Shown: piece after piece, positions 19,741 through 29,645 of the stretch
Layout: every line of letters starts with the position of its first letter
Numbering within the stretch: position 1 is the first letter of the stretch
Assembly (NCBI GenBank): GCA_963697025.1
Contig: CAVOMM010000008.1
Span: 263,741-327,740 of the forward strand
DNA: 64,000 bases
Reading direction: 5' to 3'
Source of the DNA: an uncultured Alphaproteobacteria bacterium
Lineage (GTDB): Bacteria > Pseudomonadota > Alphaproteobacteria > Rhizobiales > Xanthobacteraceae
Made by a program: the position numbers and the translations under genes
Notes under the pieces: generated by a model
Told to the model about the DNA's origin: nothing
What the model saw: the letters and a program-made list of their open reading frames with translations, nothing else
Database searches by the model: none

Positions 19741-20044
19741 AGGAGCGGCTCTTCCCAATCGCGTGACGACGCATCCGGGGGAGATATTGAGCGAGGAGTT
19801 TCTCAAGCCGCTTGGGATGTCGGTCAATGCACTTGCGCTCGCTTTGCGAGTTCCCGCCACGCGTATTGGCGCGATCGTCAAGGGCGAGCGATCGGTGACG
19901 GCGGATACCGCATTGCGCCTATCCCGTTTTTTTGGCACGAGCGCCGAGTTCTGGGTGAATCTTCAAGCCATGCACGATTTGACTAAAGCCCGTGTGGAAA
20001 GCGGCGGCACGATCGAGCGCGACGTTCGACCGCGTGCTGCCTAA
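19715..20044 (+). CDS. higA: HigA-type antitoxin (XRE-family HTH)
   Basis: HPGEILSEEFLKPLGMSVNALALALRVPATRIGAIVKGERSVTADTALRLSRFFGTSAEFWVNLQ. The start is ambiguous (ATG 19715 overlapping higB, or GTG 19763). Confidence 0.85.
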   Translation: MSRSSTITKGAALPNRVTTHPGEILSEEFLKPLGMSVNALALALRVPATRIGAIVKGERSVTADTALRLSRFFGTSAEFWVNLQAMHDLTKARVESGGTIERDVRPRAA

Positions 20045-21531
20045 AAGTCCGGCCGGTGCGCCGTATCGAGATTGCCGAAGCGCGTGACGGCGGCGTCGAA
20101 CTGCAATTCCACGGTGCCCGTAGGGCCGTGGCGCTGCTTGCCGATGATCACCTCGGCTTTGCCGTCGACCCGATTGCCCTCAGCCAGCCATTCATCGAAT
20201 TTCTCGCGGTTCGATTCCAGGGGCTTGCGCATCTGGTGATAGTATTCCTCGCGGAACACGAACAGCACCACGTCGGCGTCCTGCTCGATCGAGCCTGACT
20301 CACGCAAATCGGACAATTGCGGCCGCTTGTCGTCGCGGTTTTCGACTTGCCGGGATAATTGCGACAGCGCCAAGATTGGAATGTTGAGCTCTTTGGCGAG
20401 CGCCTTGAGCCGGGTCGTGATCTCGGTGATCTCCTGCACGCGATTTTCACTGGAGCGGCGGCTGGAGCCCTGCAACAGCTGAACGTAATCGACCACAAGA
20501 AGATCGAGCCCACGCTGCCGCTTTAATCGCCGCGCCCGTGCCGCCAGTTGGCCGATGGAAAGGCCGCCGGTCTCGTCCACATAGAACGGCAGGTTTTGCA
20601 GCTCGATCGAAACGTCCTTGATCTTCTCGAAGTCGCCCTCGTCGATGCCGCCGCGGCGGATCTTGTTCGACGGTATCCCGGTCTGCTCGGAGATGATGCG
20701 GGTGGCGAGCTGCTCGGCCGACATTTCGAGCGAGAAGAAGCCGACGATACCGCCGTTGATGGTCGCCATGTGGCCGTCGGCACGAAGCTCGCCGGCCCAC
20801 GCCTTGGCGACGTTGTAGGCGATATTGGTGGCGAGCGCGGTTTTGCCCATGCCCGGCCGGCCGGCCAGGATGATCAGATCGGAGGGCTGCAACCCGCCCA
20901 TTCTGCCGTCGAGGTCGGTCAGGCCGGTCGCCAGCCCGGACAGGCTGCCGTCGCGCTGATAGGCGCGCGCCGCCATGTCGACCGCCGTGGTCAGCGCCTG
21001 CGCGAAGCGCTGAAATCCGGAATCGTAGCGCCCGGTTTCGGCGATTTCGTACAGCCTGCGCTCGGCGTCCTCGATGTGGTGCAGCGGCGTCGATTCGACC
21101 GGCGCGTCATAAGCCAGATTGACCATATCCTCGCCGATCGCGATCAGATCGCGCCGGATCGAAAGATCGTACACGGTTCGGCCATAGTCCTCGGCATTGA
21201 TGATCGTTGTCGCTTCGGCGGCAAGCCGCGCCAGATATTGGTTGACGGAAAGCCCGGCGATGTCGGTGTCGCCCGGCAAAAACGTCTTCAGCGTCACCGG
21301 TGTCGCGAGCTTGTTGGCCCGGATCAGGCCGCTGGCCAGCTCGAAAATGCGCTGATGGATCGGTTCGAAGAAGTGCTTGGGCTCGAGGAAATCGGAGACG
21401 CGATAAAACGCCTCGTTATTGACGAGGACAGCTCCGAGCAGGGCCTGTTCGGCCTCGATATTGTGCGGTGCCGTGCGGAACGTCGGTTCCGGCGGCGCCT
21501 GCTTGCGTGCGGTCGAATCGAATACCGGCAT
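20041..21531 (-). CDS. dnaB: Replicative DNA helicase DnaB
   Basis: PHNIEAEQALLGAVL N-terminal domain, Walker A GRPGMGKTALA, and the DnaB C-terminal motifs. Confidence 0.95.
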   Translation of the reverse strand: MPVFDSTARKQAPPEPTFRTAPHNIEAEQALLGAVLVNNEAFYRVSDFLEPKHFFEPIHQRIFELASGLIRANKLATPVTLKTFLPGDTDIAGLSVNQYLARLAAEATTIINAEDYGRTVYDLSIRRDLIAIGEDMVNLAYDAPVESTPLHHIEDAERRLYEIAETGRYDSGFQRFAQALTTAVDMAARAYQRDGSLSGLATGLTDLDGRMGGLQPSDLIILAGRPGMGKTALATNIAYNVAKAWAGELRADGHMATINGGIVGFFSLEMSAEQLATRIISEQTGIPSNKIRRGGIDEGDFEKIKDVSIELQNLPFYVDETGGLSIGQLAARARRLKRQRGLDLLVVDYVQLLQGSSRRSSENRVQEITEITTRLKALAKELNIPILALSQLSRQVENRDDKRPQLSDLRESGSIEQDADVVLFVFREEYYHQMRKPLESNREKFDEWLAEGNRVDGKAEVIIGKQRHGPTGTVELQFDAAVTRFGNLDTAHRPDF

Positions 21532-21807
21532 GATCGATCAGAAGAATCGCGGGCTGTGGCCGATTTGCGGCATATGGCCGAAATACGGCAAGTGAAAAAT
21601 TCGGCGTGTTACTCAACATCGTGGATCACTCAACGACAGCGGCACATTGCGCGCCTTGGCGTCCGTTACGCAACCACGCCCCGTCGATAGTCGAGCGGCC
21701 GCGCGATGGGAAATCCTCATTGCGGCTGTCCCCGTTACCCACCGGACGCATTTGAGGAAAGATCAAGCTGCTTGACGACAAGCGTAAAAACGCGCCACCC
21801 CGCCGAA

Positions 21808-23070
21808 CTACTCGCCGGCGAGTTGCAGCGGCGCCGAATAGCCGGCTTCGATGCCGCGCAAGCGGGCCTCTTCGCGTGCGATGTAATCGCGCGTTGCCGG
21901 CGTAAGCCCCTTGCGTTTGGCCATCTGGATCTGGAACACGACCATGTCGGCCTCGCGGAACGCCATTTCCGAGCAGGCGAGATAGAATTCCCACATCCGC
22001 ACGAAGCGCTGATCGTAGAGCCGCACCACCTCGTCGCGATGGGCGAGGAACCGCTCGCGCCATGCCTTGAGCGTCTCGGCATAATGCAGCTGCAAAACTT
22101 CCACGTCGGTGACGATGAGTTTTGCGCGCTCGATCGCTGGCAGCACTTCCGAGAGCGCCGGAATGTAGCCGCCGGGGAAGATGTATTTGGCGATCCAAGG
22201 ATTGGTAATGCTCGGAGGACCGCTGCGTCCGATCGAGTGCAGCAGCATGATGCCGTCTTCGGCGAGCAGGCTGGCGCATTTGTCGAAGAAGGTCTCGTAA
22301 AAGCCAACGCCGACGTGCTCGAACATGCCCACGGAGATGATGCGCTCGAAGCGGCCGCCGACGTCGCGATAATCGATGAGCCGGAAGGTGGTATCCTCGG
22401 TGCGGCCGCGCTCGAGCGCCCGGTTTTGCGCGCGCTGGAATTGCTCCTGCGATAGCGTGATGCCGGTGACCTGCGCGCGGGCGATTTCGGCGAGATAGAG
22501 CGCCAAGCCGCCCCAGCCGCAGCCGATATCGAGCACCGTAGAGCCGGGTTTGACCCGCAATTTGGCGGCGAGATGCCGCTTCTTGGCGAGTTGCGCATCG
22601 TCAAGCGACAGATCCGGCGAATCGAAATAGGCGCAGCTATATTGCTGGTCGCCGTCGAGAAAGAGCGAATAAAGCCGGCCGTCGAGATCGTAGTGGTGCG
22701 CGACGTTGTGGCGGGCGCGGGACCGCAAATTCAATTGCTGCAGGCGGCGGAACAGGTAGCGCACGAACCGTGGCAGCGCCCAATTCGGTGCGGCGATCGG
22801 CTCCTGGCGCAGCAGGATGGCAAGCACGTCCGCGATCGAGCCCTGTTCGACGACCAGGGTGCCGTCCATATAGGCTTCGCCGAGCTTCAATTCGGGGTCC
22901 ATCAAGACCGCGCGTTGCGCTCTTGCCGTGGTGAAACGCACCGCGATCGGCGACCCCCTGCCATCGCCAAATGTGTCTGTCGACCCCGCCGCCGTCGTGA
23001 CCGTAAAAGTCCCGTGGCGGATATACCGACGCAAGAATATGAACAGCAACCGATCCACGGCCGCCTCCAC
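21808..23070 (-). CDS. cfa: Cyclopropane-fatty-acyl-phospholipid synthase family SAM-dependent methyltransferase
   Basis: AHHYDLDGRLYSLFLD...YSCAYF...VLDIGCGWGGLALYLA...SVGMFEHVG, the CFA synthase pattern. Confidence 0.9.
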   Translation of the reverse strand: MEAAVDRLLFIFLRRYIRHGTFTVTTAAGSTDTFGDGRGSPIAVRFTTARAQRAVLMDPELKLGEAYMDGTLVVEQGSIADVLAILLRQEPIAAPNWALPRFVRYLFRRLQQLNLRSRARHNVAHHYDLDGRLYSLFLDGDQQYSCAYFDSPDLSLDDAQLAKKRHLAAKLRVKPGSTVLDIGCGWGGLALYLAEIARAQVTGITLSQEQFQRAQNRALERGRTEDTTFRLIDYRDVGGRFERIISVGMFEHVGVGFYETFFDKCASLLAEDGIMLLHSIGRSGPPSITNPWIAKYIFPGGYIPALSEVLPAIERAKLIVTDVEVLQLHYAETLKAWRERFLAHRDEVVRLYDQRFVRMWEFYLACSEMAFREADMVVFQIQMAKRKGLTPATRDYIAREEARLRGIEAGYSAPLQLAGE

Positions 23071-23275
23071 GATTTACAAAGCCCCTTGCGCAGCCTGCGA
23101 CGATTGGCGCTTCTTTCCGCCGTGACGGCCTTTGGGACGCTCAATCGGCCTGTTGCGGGGGCTCGGTCTTCTTGTTTGCCGTCATTAAAACAAAATCCTC
23201 CGCAACCAGCAATGCCGCGAAATGGCGCTTAGGGGTCTGCAACCGCGCTCGCATTCGGCCGCTTTTGGGGTATTC

Positions 23276-24031
23276 ATGATCGCCAAGCCATCAAGACTTG
23301 AGGGGGGCAGCGTGCTTCGCCGGGTAACGCCTATGATCGGGACGATTGCGGCCGTGGCTTTTGCCCTGGTTCCGGCCGCGGCCCGCGCTCAAGTCAATAT
23401 CGATCAGGGCAAGTCCGCAGCCGAGATTTTCTCAAGTGTTTGCACGGCTTGCCATAAGACGCCCCGGGGCTTGGCGGTCGGCAAGAACAGCCTGATGCTT
23501 TCGGCGTTTTTGCGCGAGCATTATACGGCAAGCAGCGGCCAGGCCTCCGCACTTGCCGCTTATGTCCTGGGCGCCGGCGGCGCCCAGCCTGTGCCGAAGC
23601 AAAAGGAAGTGGAGCACGCCAGGGCCGAAGAGCCTAAAGCAGAGCCCAAAGCCGGGGAGCCCAAATCGGCGACCCATCCGGTGCGGGCGGCGGCAAAGCC
23701 CGAGGAAGACAAGCGGCCGAAGCAGCAAGAAGCCAAGCGCGAGGAACACCCGGTGACCCCGCCGAGTGCGGAAAAGCATGAGCCAGCGCCGGAAACCGCA
23801 AGCCGGGAAGCCAAGCCGCAAGCGGAAGACGCCGCACCCGCTGCGCGCGAGGCTGTGCCAGTCTCGGCCACGCCTGCGCCCACGCCCGCCGCAAATGCAA
23901 GCCCGATTATGGCCGAACCGCCAAATCCGGTAACGAAGCCGGAGGTCATGCCGACCGCGAGTGCCGCGGCTCCGACCGAGGAACAGCCGGGTGCGAGCGC
24001 GGCGGTGCCGCGCGACAATATCCCGGACTGA
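23276..24031 (+). CDS. Secreted protein with a single CxxCH (heme c-type) motif and a long Lys/Glu/Pro/Ala-rich tail, hypothetical
   Basis: Signal-like IGTIAAVAFALVPAAARAQ, then SSVCTACHKTPRG, then low complexity (EPKAEPKAGEPK...). Start uncertain. Confidence 0.5.
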   Translation: MIAKPSRLEGGSVLRRVTPMIGTIAAVAFALVPAAARAQVNIDQGKSAAEIFSSVCTACHKTPRGLAVGKNSLMLSAFLREHYTASSGQASALAAYVLGAGGAQPVPKQKEVEHARAEEPKAEPKAGEPKSATHPVRAAAKPEEDKRPKQQEAKREEHPVTPPSAEKHEPAPETASREAKPQAEDAAPAAREAVPVSATPAPTPAANASPIMAEPPNPVTKPEVMPTASAAAPTEEQPGASAAVPRDNIPD

Positions 24032-24051
24032 GAAGCGACTGGTCGAGCCGG

Positions 24052-24672
24052 TCAGGTCTTATCGGATGCCGGCGGTTTTTCGGCCGCTTCGGCGTCTTCA
24101 TCCTGGCGCGACCCCGCGCCCGCTCCCGGCTCGAAAAACTCCTCTGCTGCGACGATAGCAGCTTCCGCTTCGGTCGCCTCGCGCAGTTGCGTCACATCTT
24201 CGCCGCGCGCGATGCGTGCGGCCTCGTCCTCATTGCGGGCAACGATGACGGTGATGGAGCTTTCGACCTCAGGATGCAGCGCGATCGGCACTTTGTGCTG
24301 GCCGATCGTCTTGATCGGCGCATTGAGCGCGATTTGACTGCGATTGAGCCGGAACCCGGCATCGCTGACGAGGGCGACAAGATCCCGCGGCGACACCGAG
24401 CCGAACAGCTGACCCGATTCCGAAGCCTGCCGCAGCACGGTGAAGCTCTTGCCGTCGAGCTTTCCCGCGACTTGAGCGGCCTCGGTTTTAAGCGTGAGCG
24501 AGCGCGCTTCCAGATCGCCTTTCATTGTCTCAAAGCGGGTACGGTTCTCGGCCGTGGCCCGTAACGCTTTACCGCGCGGCAGCAGGAAGTTCCGGGCAAA
24601 GCCGTCCTTCACGCGCACGACGTCGCCCATCTGGCCGAGCCTGCTGATACGTTCGAGTAGGATCACTTCCAT
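24052..24672 (-). CDS. rplI: 50S ribosomal protein L9
   Basis: [36 protein letters not shown], with an acidic C-terminal extension. Confidence 0.95.
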   Translation of the reverse strand: MEVILLERISRLGQMGDVVRVKDGFARNFLLPRGKALRATAENRTRFETMKGDLEARSLTLKTEAAQVAGKLDGKSFTVLRQASESGQLFGSVSPRDLVALVSDAGFRLNRSQIALNAPIKTIGQHKVPIALHPEVESSITVIVARNEDEAARIARGEDVTQLREATEAEAAIVAAEEFFEPGAGAGSRQDEDAEAAEKPPASDKT

Positions 24673-24683
24673 GGCGGCCTCCC

Positions 24684-24941
24684 TCAGCGGATCACATAGG
24701 GCAGGAGGCCCAGAAATCTCGCGCGCTTGATCGCCTGCGCCAGTTCGCGCTGTTTCTTTGCGGAAACCGCGGTGATGCGGCTCGGCACGATCTTGCCGCG
24801 CTCCGAAACGAAACGCTGCAAGAGCTTGACGTCCTTGTAGTCAATTTTGGGCGCGTTCGCGCCCGAGAACGGGCAGCTCTTGCGGCGGCGGAAAAACGGA
24901 CGGCGGCCGCCGGCGCCCTGCGGTGACATGGCCATGCTCAA
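24684..24941 (-). CDS. rpsR: 30S ribosomal protein S18
   Basis: [10 protein letters not shown]....[50 protein letters not shown]. Confidence 0.95.
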   Translation of the reverse strand: MSMAMSPQGAGGRRPFFRRRKSCPFSGANAPKIDYKDVKLLQRFVSERGKIVPSRITAVSAKKQRELAQAIKRARFLGLLPYVIR

Positions 24942-25417
24942 TCCTCCACCGGGCTGTCGGGTTCCTCGGAGCCTTCACGCGGCCGCCGGTCACGATCGCG
25001 CGGACGGTCCCCTCGATCGCCTCGATCAAAGCGGTCGCCTCGATCAAACCGGTCGCCGCGATCGCCGCGGCGGTCGTCACGGTCGCGATCGCGCTCGGCG
25101 CGGCGCATCATGGCGGATGGGCCTTCCTCGTGCGCCTCGACCCTGATCGTGAGATAGCGCAAAACATCCTCGTTGAGGCGTTCCAGCCGCTCGATCTCGT
25201 TGATGGCCGGCGGTGGAGCATCGACGTCCATCAGGGTGAAATGCGCCTTGCGGTTCTTGCGCAGGCGATAGGAGAGCGATTTCACCCCCCAATATTCGGT
25301 CTTTTTGATTGATCCGCCGAGGCCTTCGATGACGCCCTTAAGTTGCGCGGTCAATTCCTCGACCTGCTGTGCGCTGGCGTCCTGGCGCGCAAGATAGACA
25401 TGCTCATAGAGCGGCAT
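24938..25417 (-). CDS. rpsF: 30S ribosomal protein S6 with an Arg/Asp-rich C-terminal extension
   Basis: [13 protein letters not shown]...[22 protein letters not shown]. The tail is [37 protein letters not shown]. Confidence 0.95.
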   Translation of the reverse strand: MPLYEHVYLARQDASAQQVEELTAQLKGVIEGLGGSIKKTEYWGVKSLSYRLRKNRKAHFTLMDVDAPPPAINEIERLERLNEDVLRYLTIRVEAHEEGPSAMMRRAERDRDRDDRRGDRGDRFDRGDRFDRGDRGDRPRDRDRRPREGSEEPDSPVED

Positions 25418-25631
25418 AGCTGCCCTTTCCTCGTTTGCCGTGCTCGCCCAGGCGCGAAGCCCCTCGAACCCTTCGGGAAAGGCTCGAATGCTCTGAAGGC
25501 GGGAACACCGGACGCCGGACCACCAGTATTTGGGGGTCTTACCGCGCTTTCGGCGCGGCCGTCCGTTCAGCCCCCGGCCGGGGTCGAGCGGAAGGCGGCC
25601 TTATACGCGGCGGGGCAAAAAAGGCAATAGA

Positions 25632-25868
25632 TCAGGAAATCCGGCCGTGATGATCGGCGTTTTGGATCAACTCGGCCAGCCGCACGGCGAGTTCGACCCC
25701 TTCACGCAACTGCTTGGCCCCGGCGCCATTGGGTGCCGCAGAGCCGCGCAGCCTCTTCATCCCCGTCAACAGGACATCAAGGTTTTGCTCCAGAAGCCGC
25801 TGACGGAATGTCGGGTCCGAACGCGCGCGGGAAAGATCGGCATCGGTAACCGGCAAGAAAGGGCTCAT
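25632..25868 (-). CDS. Small hypothetical protein (78 aa)
   Basis: ATG ORF with plausible codon bias between rpsF and fabD. No motif recognised. Confidence 0.4.
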   Translation of the reverse strand: MSPFLPVTDADLSRARSDPTFRQRLLEQNLDVLLTGMKRLRGSAAPNGAGAKQLREGVELAVRLAELIQNADHHGRIS

Positions 25869-26038
25869 TACGAGGCGCTCGCGGTGAAATCCGGAGGTAG
25901 TCTGGCCGAATTGGCTATACTATCACCGTCCCGTTGTCGTTTTATTACGCCGCCGGCCGCCTTGACATGTCGTTCATCACGGTATCTTTCGCCCCTTCCC
26001 GGTGCGGGAATTCAGGTCTTTAGGCGGGCTTTGGGCTT

Positions 26039-26983
26039 ATGGCGGCGGCATTTGTTTTTCCCGGTCAGGGCAGTCAGGCCGTCGGTATGGGCAAGGCTTT
26101 GGCCGAGGCCTTTCCGGCGGCGCAGCGGGTATTCGACGAAGTCGACGCCGCCTTGGGCGAACGGCTCAGCGATATCGTCTGGAACGGTCCGGCCGATGCG
26201 CTGACGCTGACCGAAAATGCCCAGCCGGCTCTGATGGCAGTCTCGCTCGCGGCGATGCGCGCGCTCGAGGCGGAAGCCGGCGTCGATCTCAAGCGCGACG
26301 CGGCGTTCGTTGCCGGTCACTCGCTTGGCGAATATTCGGCGCTTGCCGCGGCTCGCTCGCTGAGCATTGCCGACGCGGCGCGGCTGTTGCGCATCCGCGG
26401 CCGTGCCATGCAGAAAGCGGTCGCCGTCGGCGCCGGGGCGATGGCGGCGCTGATCGGCCTTGAACTGGGCGACGCCAAAGCGGTTGCTGCGGAAGCCGGC
26501 AGCGTCGGCGTCTGCGCCGCCGCCAATGATAATGGCGGCGGACAAGTCGTGTTGTCGGGCGCCAAAGCCGCGGTCGAACGTGCCGTGGATCTGGCGAAGC
26601 TGCGCGGCGCCAAGCGGGCCATGATGCTTCCGGTCTCCGCTCCCTTCCATTGCCCGCTGATGCAGCCCGCCGCCGAGGTCATGGCGGACGCGCTGGCGAA
26701 AGTTTCGGTGATGCCGCCCATCGTCCCGCTCGTTGCCAATGTGCTGGCGCGGCCGGTCACCGAACCCGCGGAGATCGTGCGCTGTCTGGTCGAACAGGTC
26801 ACCGGCATGGTCCGATGGCGGGAATCGATTGTTTTCATGGTGCAGGCCGGCGTCACCGATTTTTACGAGATCGGCGCCGGCAAAGTGCTGACGGGCTTGA
26901 TCAAGCGGATCGCGGATGCTGCAACTGCGTCCGCGATCGGCACGCCCGAAGATCTCGGCCGGTTCACCGCGGTGCGCGCCTGA
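26039..26983 (+). CDS. fabD: Malonyl-CoA:ACP transacylase
   Basis: AFVFPGQGSQAVGMG and the active-site GHSLGEYSAL. Confidence 0.95.
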   Translation: MAAAFVFPGQGSQAVGMGKALAEAFPAAQRVFDEVDAALGERLSDIVWNGPADALTLTENAQPALMAVSLAAMRALEAEAGVDLKRDAAFVAGHSLGEYSALAAARSLSIADAARLLRIRGRAMQKAVAVGAGAMAALIGLELGDAKAVAAEAGSVGVCAAANDNGGGQVVLSGAKAAVERAVDLAKLRGAKRAMMLPVSAPFHCPLMQPAAEVMADALAKVSVMPPIVPLVANVLARPVTEPAEIVRCLVEQVTGMVRWRESIVFMVQAGVTDFYEIGAGKVLTGLIKRIADAATASAIGTPEDLGRFTAVRA

Positions 26984-27013
26984 GTTATTTCTGGTTGGAA
27001 GGGCAGGGATCGC

Positions 27014-27751
27014 ATGTTCGAGCTTACCGGAAAGACCGCGCTCGTGACCGGAGCCACCGGCCCAATCGGCGGCACCATCGCCCGCACCCTGCACGGCCAG
27101 GGCGCAACGGTTGCCATCTCGGGAACGCGGCGCGAGGTCCTCGATCGGCTCGCGGGCGAGCTTGGCGAACGGGTTCATGTCATGCCGTGCAATCTCGCTG
27201 ATCCGGCAGAAACCGAGACGCTAGTGCCGCGCGCCGAGGAGGCGATGGGTCAGCTCGATATTCTCGTCGCCAATGCCGGCGTGACCAGAGACAATCTTCT
27301 GGTGCAATTGCGCGACGAAGACTGGGAACAGGTCATCGCCATCAATTTGTCCGCCACATTCCGTCTCGCGCGCGCCGCGGTACGCGGCATGATGCGCCGC
27401 CGTTTCGGGCGCGTTATCGCGATCACATCGGTGGTCGGGACGACCGGTAATCCCGGGCAGGCCAATTATGTCGCGGCCAAAGCCGGGATTACCGGCATGA
27501 TCAAAGCGATGGCGCAGGAATATGCCAAACGCGGCGTGACGGCGAATTGCGTTGCGCCGGGCTTCATCGTCACCCCGATGACGGAGAAGCTCAACGACAA
27601 GCAGCGGGACGCCATCGTTGCCAAAATTCCGGCAAGCCGTGCCGGCACCCCCGAAGAGGTGGCGGCCGCGGTGGTGTTTCTCGCATCGAACGAGGCGGCC
27701 TATGTCACCGGCCAGACGTTGCATGTGAACGGCGGAATGGCCATGATCTGA
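27014..27751 (+). CDS. fabG: 3-oxoacyl-ACP reductase
   Basis: TGATGPIGG, NAG, YVAAK, and the HVNGGMAM C-terminus. Confidence 0.95.
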   Translation: MFELTGKTALVTGATGPIGGTIARTLHGQGATVAISGTRREVLDRLAGELGERVHVMPCNLADPAETETLVPRAEEAMGQLDILVANAGVTRDNLLVQLRDEDWEQVIAINLSATFRLARAAVRGMMRRRFGRVIAITSVVGTTGNPGQANYVAAKAGITGMIKAMAQEYAKRGVTANCVAPGFIVTPMTEKLNDKQRDAIVAKIPASRAGTPEEVAAAVVFLASNEAAYVTGQTLHVNGGMAMI

Positions 27752-27990
27752 AGGCGATAGGATCGGCGATCGCGGCACGCCGCCGCGCTGGTCAACGCTT
27801 TTGAAGTGTGGTAACCGAACCGAAATTGGGCTGGGGGAGCCGGAATGCCGGAGTGCGGGGCGAAACTTCCGCCTCTGAATCGGTGTCGACCCAATTGAGC
27901 TTGTCCGTCCCCGTCGGCAGGTTCAATGAAGAGCTTGGACGGGTTCACTGCTAGGTCGATTGGGTCGCGTTGAAAGATGAGGTTGAAGCG

Positions 27991-28230
27991 ATGAGTAATA
28001 TTGGCGAACGGGTGAAAAAAATCGTCGTGGAGCATCTTGGCGTCGAGCCCGACAAGGTGACGGAAAACGCCAGCTTCATCGATGATCTCGGCGCCGACAG
28101 CCTCGACACCGTCGAGCTCGTCATGGCCTTCGAGGAAGAGTTCGGCTGTGAAATTCCCGATGATGCGGCCGAGACCATTTTAACGGTTGGCGACGCCATC
28201 AAATTTCTCGAGAAGAACGCCAAGAGCTGA
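27991..28230 (+). CDS. acpP: Acyl carrier protein
   Basis: [20 protein letters not shown] phosphopantetheine site. 79 aa from ATG 27991. Confidence 0.95.
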   Translation: MSNIGERVKKIVVEHLGVEPDKVTENASFIDDLGADSLDTVELVMAFEEEFGCEIPDDAAETILTVGDAIKFLEKNAKS

Positions 28231-28379
28231 CCGTCGGCGAGGCCCGGCAGCCGTTTCATGGATTGCGCGCGCCGCGAGAACTGCACATCATCATGTGCAG
28301 GCCGACGATGTTCGATCGGATTCTTGAGGCGAAACGCGCGCGATAGCCGCGGTTCCTGCCTTTGCCGGGAGTGTCCTTG

Positions 28380-29645
28380 ATGCGACGTGTCGTCGTCACA
28401 GGTCTTGGATTGGTGACGCCGCTCGCGTGCGGGATCGAGCAAACCTGGCAGCGCTTGCTGGCCGGCAACAGCGGCATCCAGCGCATCGAGAAATTCGACG
28501 TCTCCGATCTCGCCTGCAAGATCGCCGGCCAGGTTCCGCGCGGCGACGGCTCCGCGGGCACTTTCAACGCCGACGACTGGATGGAGCCCAAAGAGCAGCG
28601 CAAGGTCGACGACTTTATCATCTTTGCGATGGCCGCGGCGACGCAGGCGCTCAACGACGCCGGCTGGCACCCGCGGGACTATGACGATCAGGTGGTCAGC
28701 GGGGTTCTGCTCGGTTCCGGAATTGGCGGCGTCGAAGGCATAGCGGAAACCGCGCTTGTGCTGCGCGACCGCGGTCCGCGCCGGGTCTCGCCGTTCTTTA
28801 TCCCGGGACGGCTCATCAATCTCGCGTCGGGCTACGTGTCGATCGCGCATGGACTGAAGGGGCCGAACCACGCCGTGGTCACCGCCTGTTCGACCGGCGC
28901 CCACGCCGTCGGCGACGCCGGGAGGCTGATCGCGCTTGGCGATGCCGACGTGATGGTGGCGGGCGGCACTGAATCGCCCATCAACCGTATCTCGCTCGCC
29001 GGCTTTGCCGCATGCCGTGCGCTGTCGACCGGGTTCAACGACACGCCCGAGCGGGCATCGCGACCCTATGACCGCGATCGCGACGGCTTTGTCATGGGTG
29101 AGGGCGCGGGCGCCGTGGTGCTTGAAGAATACGAGCACGCCAAGCGGCGGGGGGCGCGCATTTATGGCGAGCTGATCGGCTACGGCTTGTCCGGCGATGC
29201 TTACCACATTACCGCACCGGCCGAGGACGGCGATGGCGCGTTTCGCTGCATGACGGCCGCCACCCGCCGCGCCGGCATTTCGGTCGGCGAAATCGACTAC
29301 ATCAACGCCCATGGCACTTCGACGCCGCTCGGCGACGAGATCGAGCTCAAGGCCGTCGAGCGCCTGGTCGGCAATGCCGCCGGCCATATTGCGATGTCGT
29401 CGACGAAGTCGTCGATCGGCCATCTGCTCGGCGCCGCCGGCGCCGTCGAAGCTATTTTCTGCCTGCTCGCGATGCGCGACCAGGTGCTGCCGCCCACCAT
29501 CAATCTGGATAATCCCTCGGTCGCGACGGCGATTGATCTTGTTCCGCACCAAGCTCAAAAGCGGCCGGTCAACGTCGTGCTGTCGAATTCGTTCGGATTT
29601 GGCGGCACCAACGCGTCTCTCGTTTTCCGCCGGGTGGCGTCGTAG
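28380..29645 (+). CDS. fabF: Beta-ketoacyl-ACP synthase II
   Basis: MRRVVVTGLGLVTP, active-site ACSTGAH, and the HGTSTPLGD and GHLLGAAG motifs. Confidence 0.95.
   Translation: MRRVVVTGLGLVTPLACGIEQTWQRLLAGNSGIQRIEKFDVSDLACKIAGQVPRGDGSAGTFNADDWMEPKEQRKVDDFIIFAMAAATQALNDAGWHPRDYDDQVVSGVLLGSGIGGVEGIAETALVLRDRGPRRVSPFFIPGRLINLASGYVSIAHGLKGPNHAVVTACSTGAHAVGDAGRLIALGDADVMVAGGTESPINRISLAGFAACRALSTGFNDTPERASRPYDRDRDGFVMGEGAGAVVLEEYEHAKRRGARIYGELIGYGLSGDAYHITAPAEDGDGAFRCMTAATRRAGISVGEIDYINAHGTSTPLGDEIELKAVERLVGNAAGHIAMSSTKSSIGHLLGAAGAVEAIFCLLAMRDQVLPPTINLDNPSVATAIDLVPHQAQKRPVNVVLSNSFGFGGTNASLVFRRVAS

Noticed and set aside
21532-21807. DnaA-box-like GTGGATCAC upstream of dnaB
   Set aside because: It is a single imperfect match (6-7 of 9) to TTATCCACA, with no cluster of boxes or AT-rich unwinding element. 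It is not an origin.
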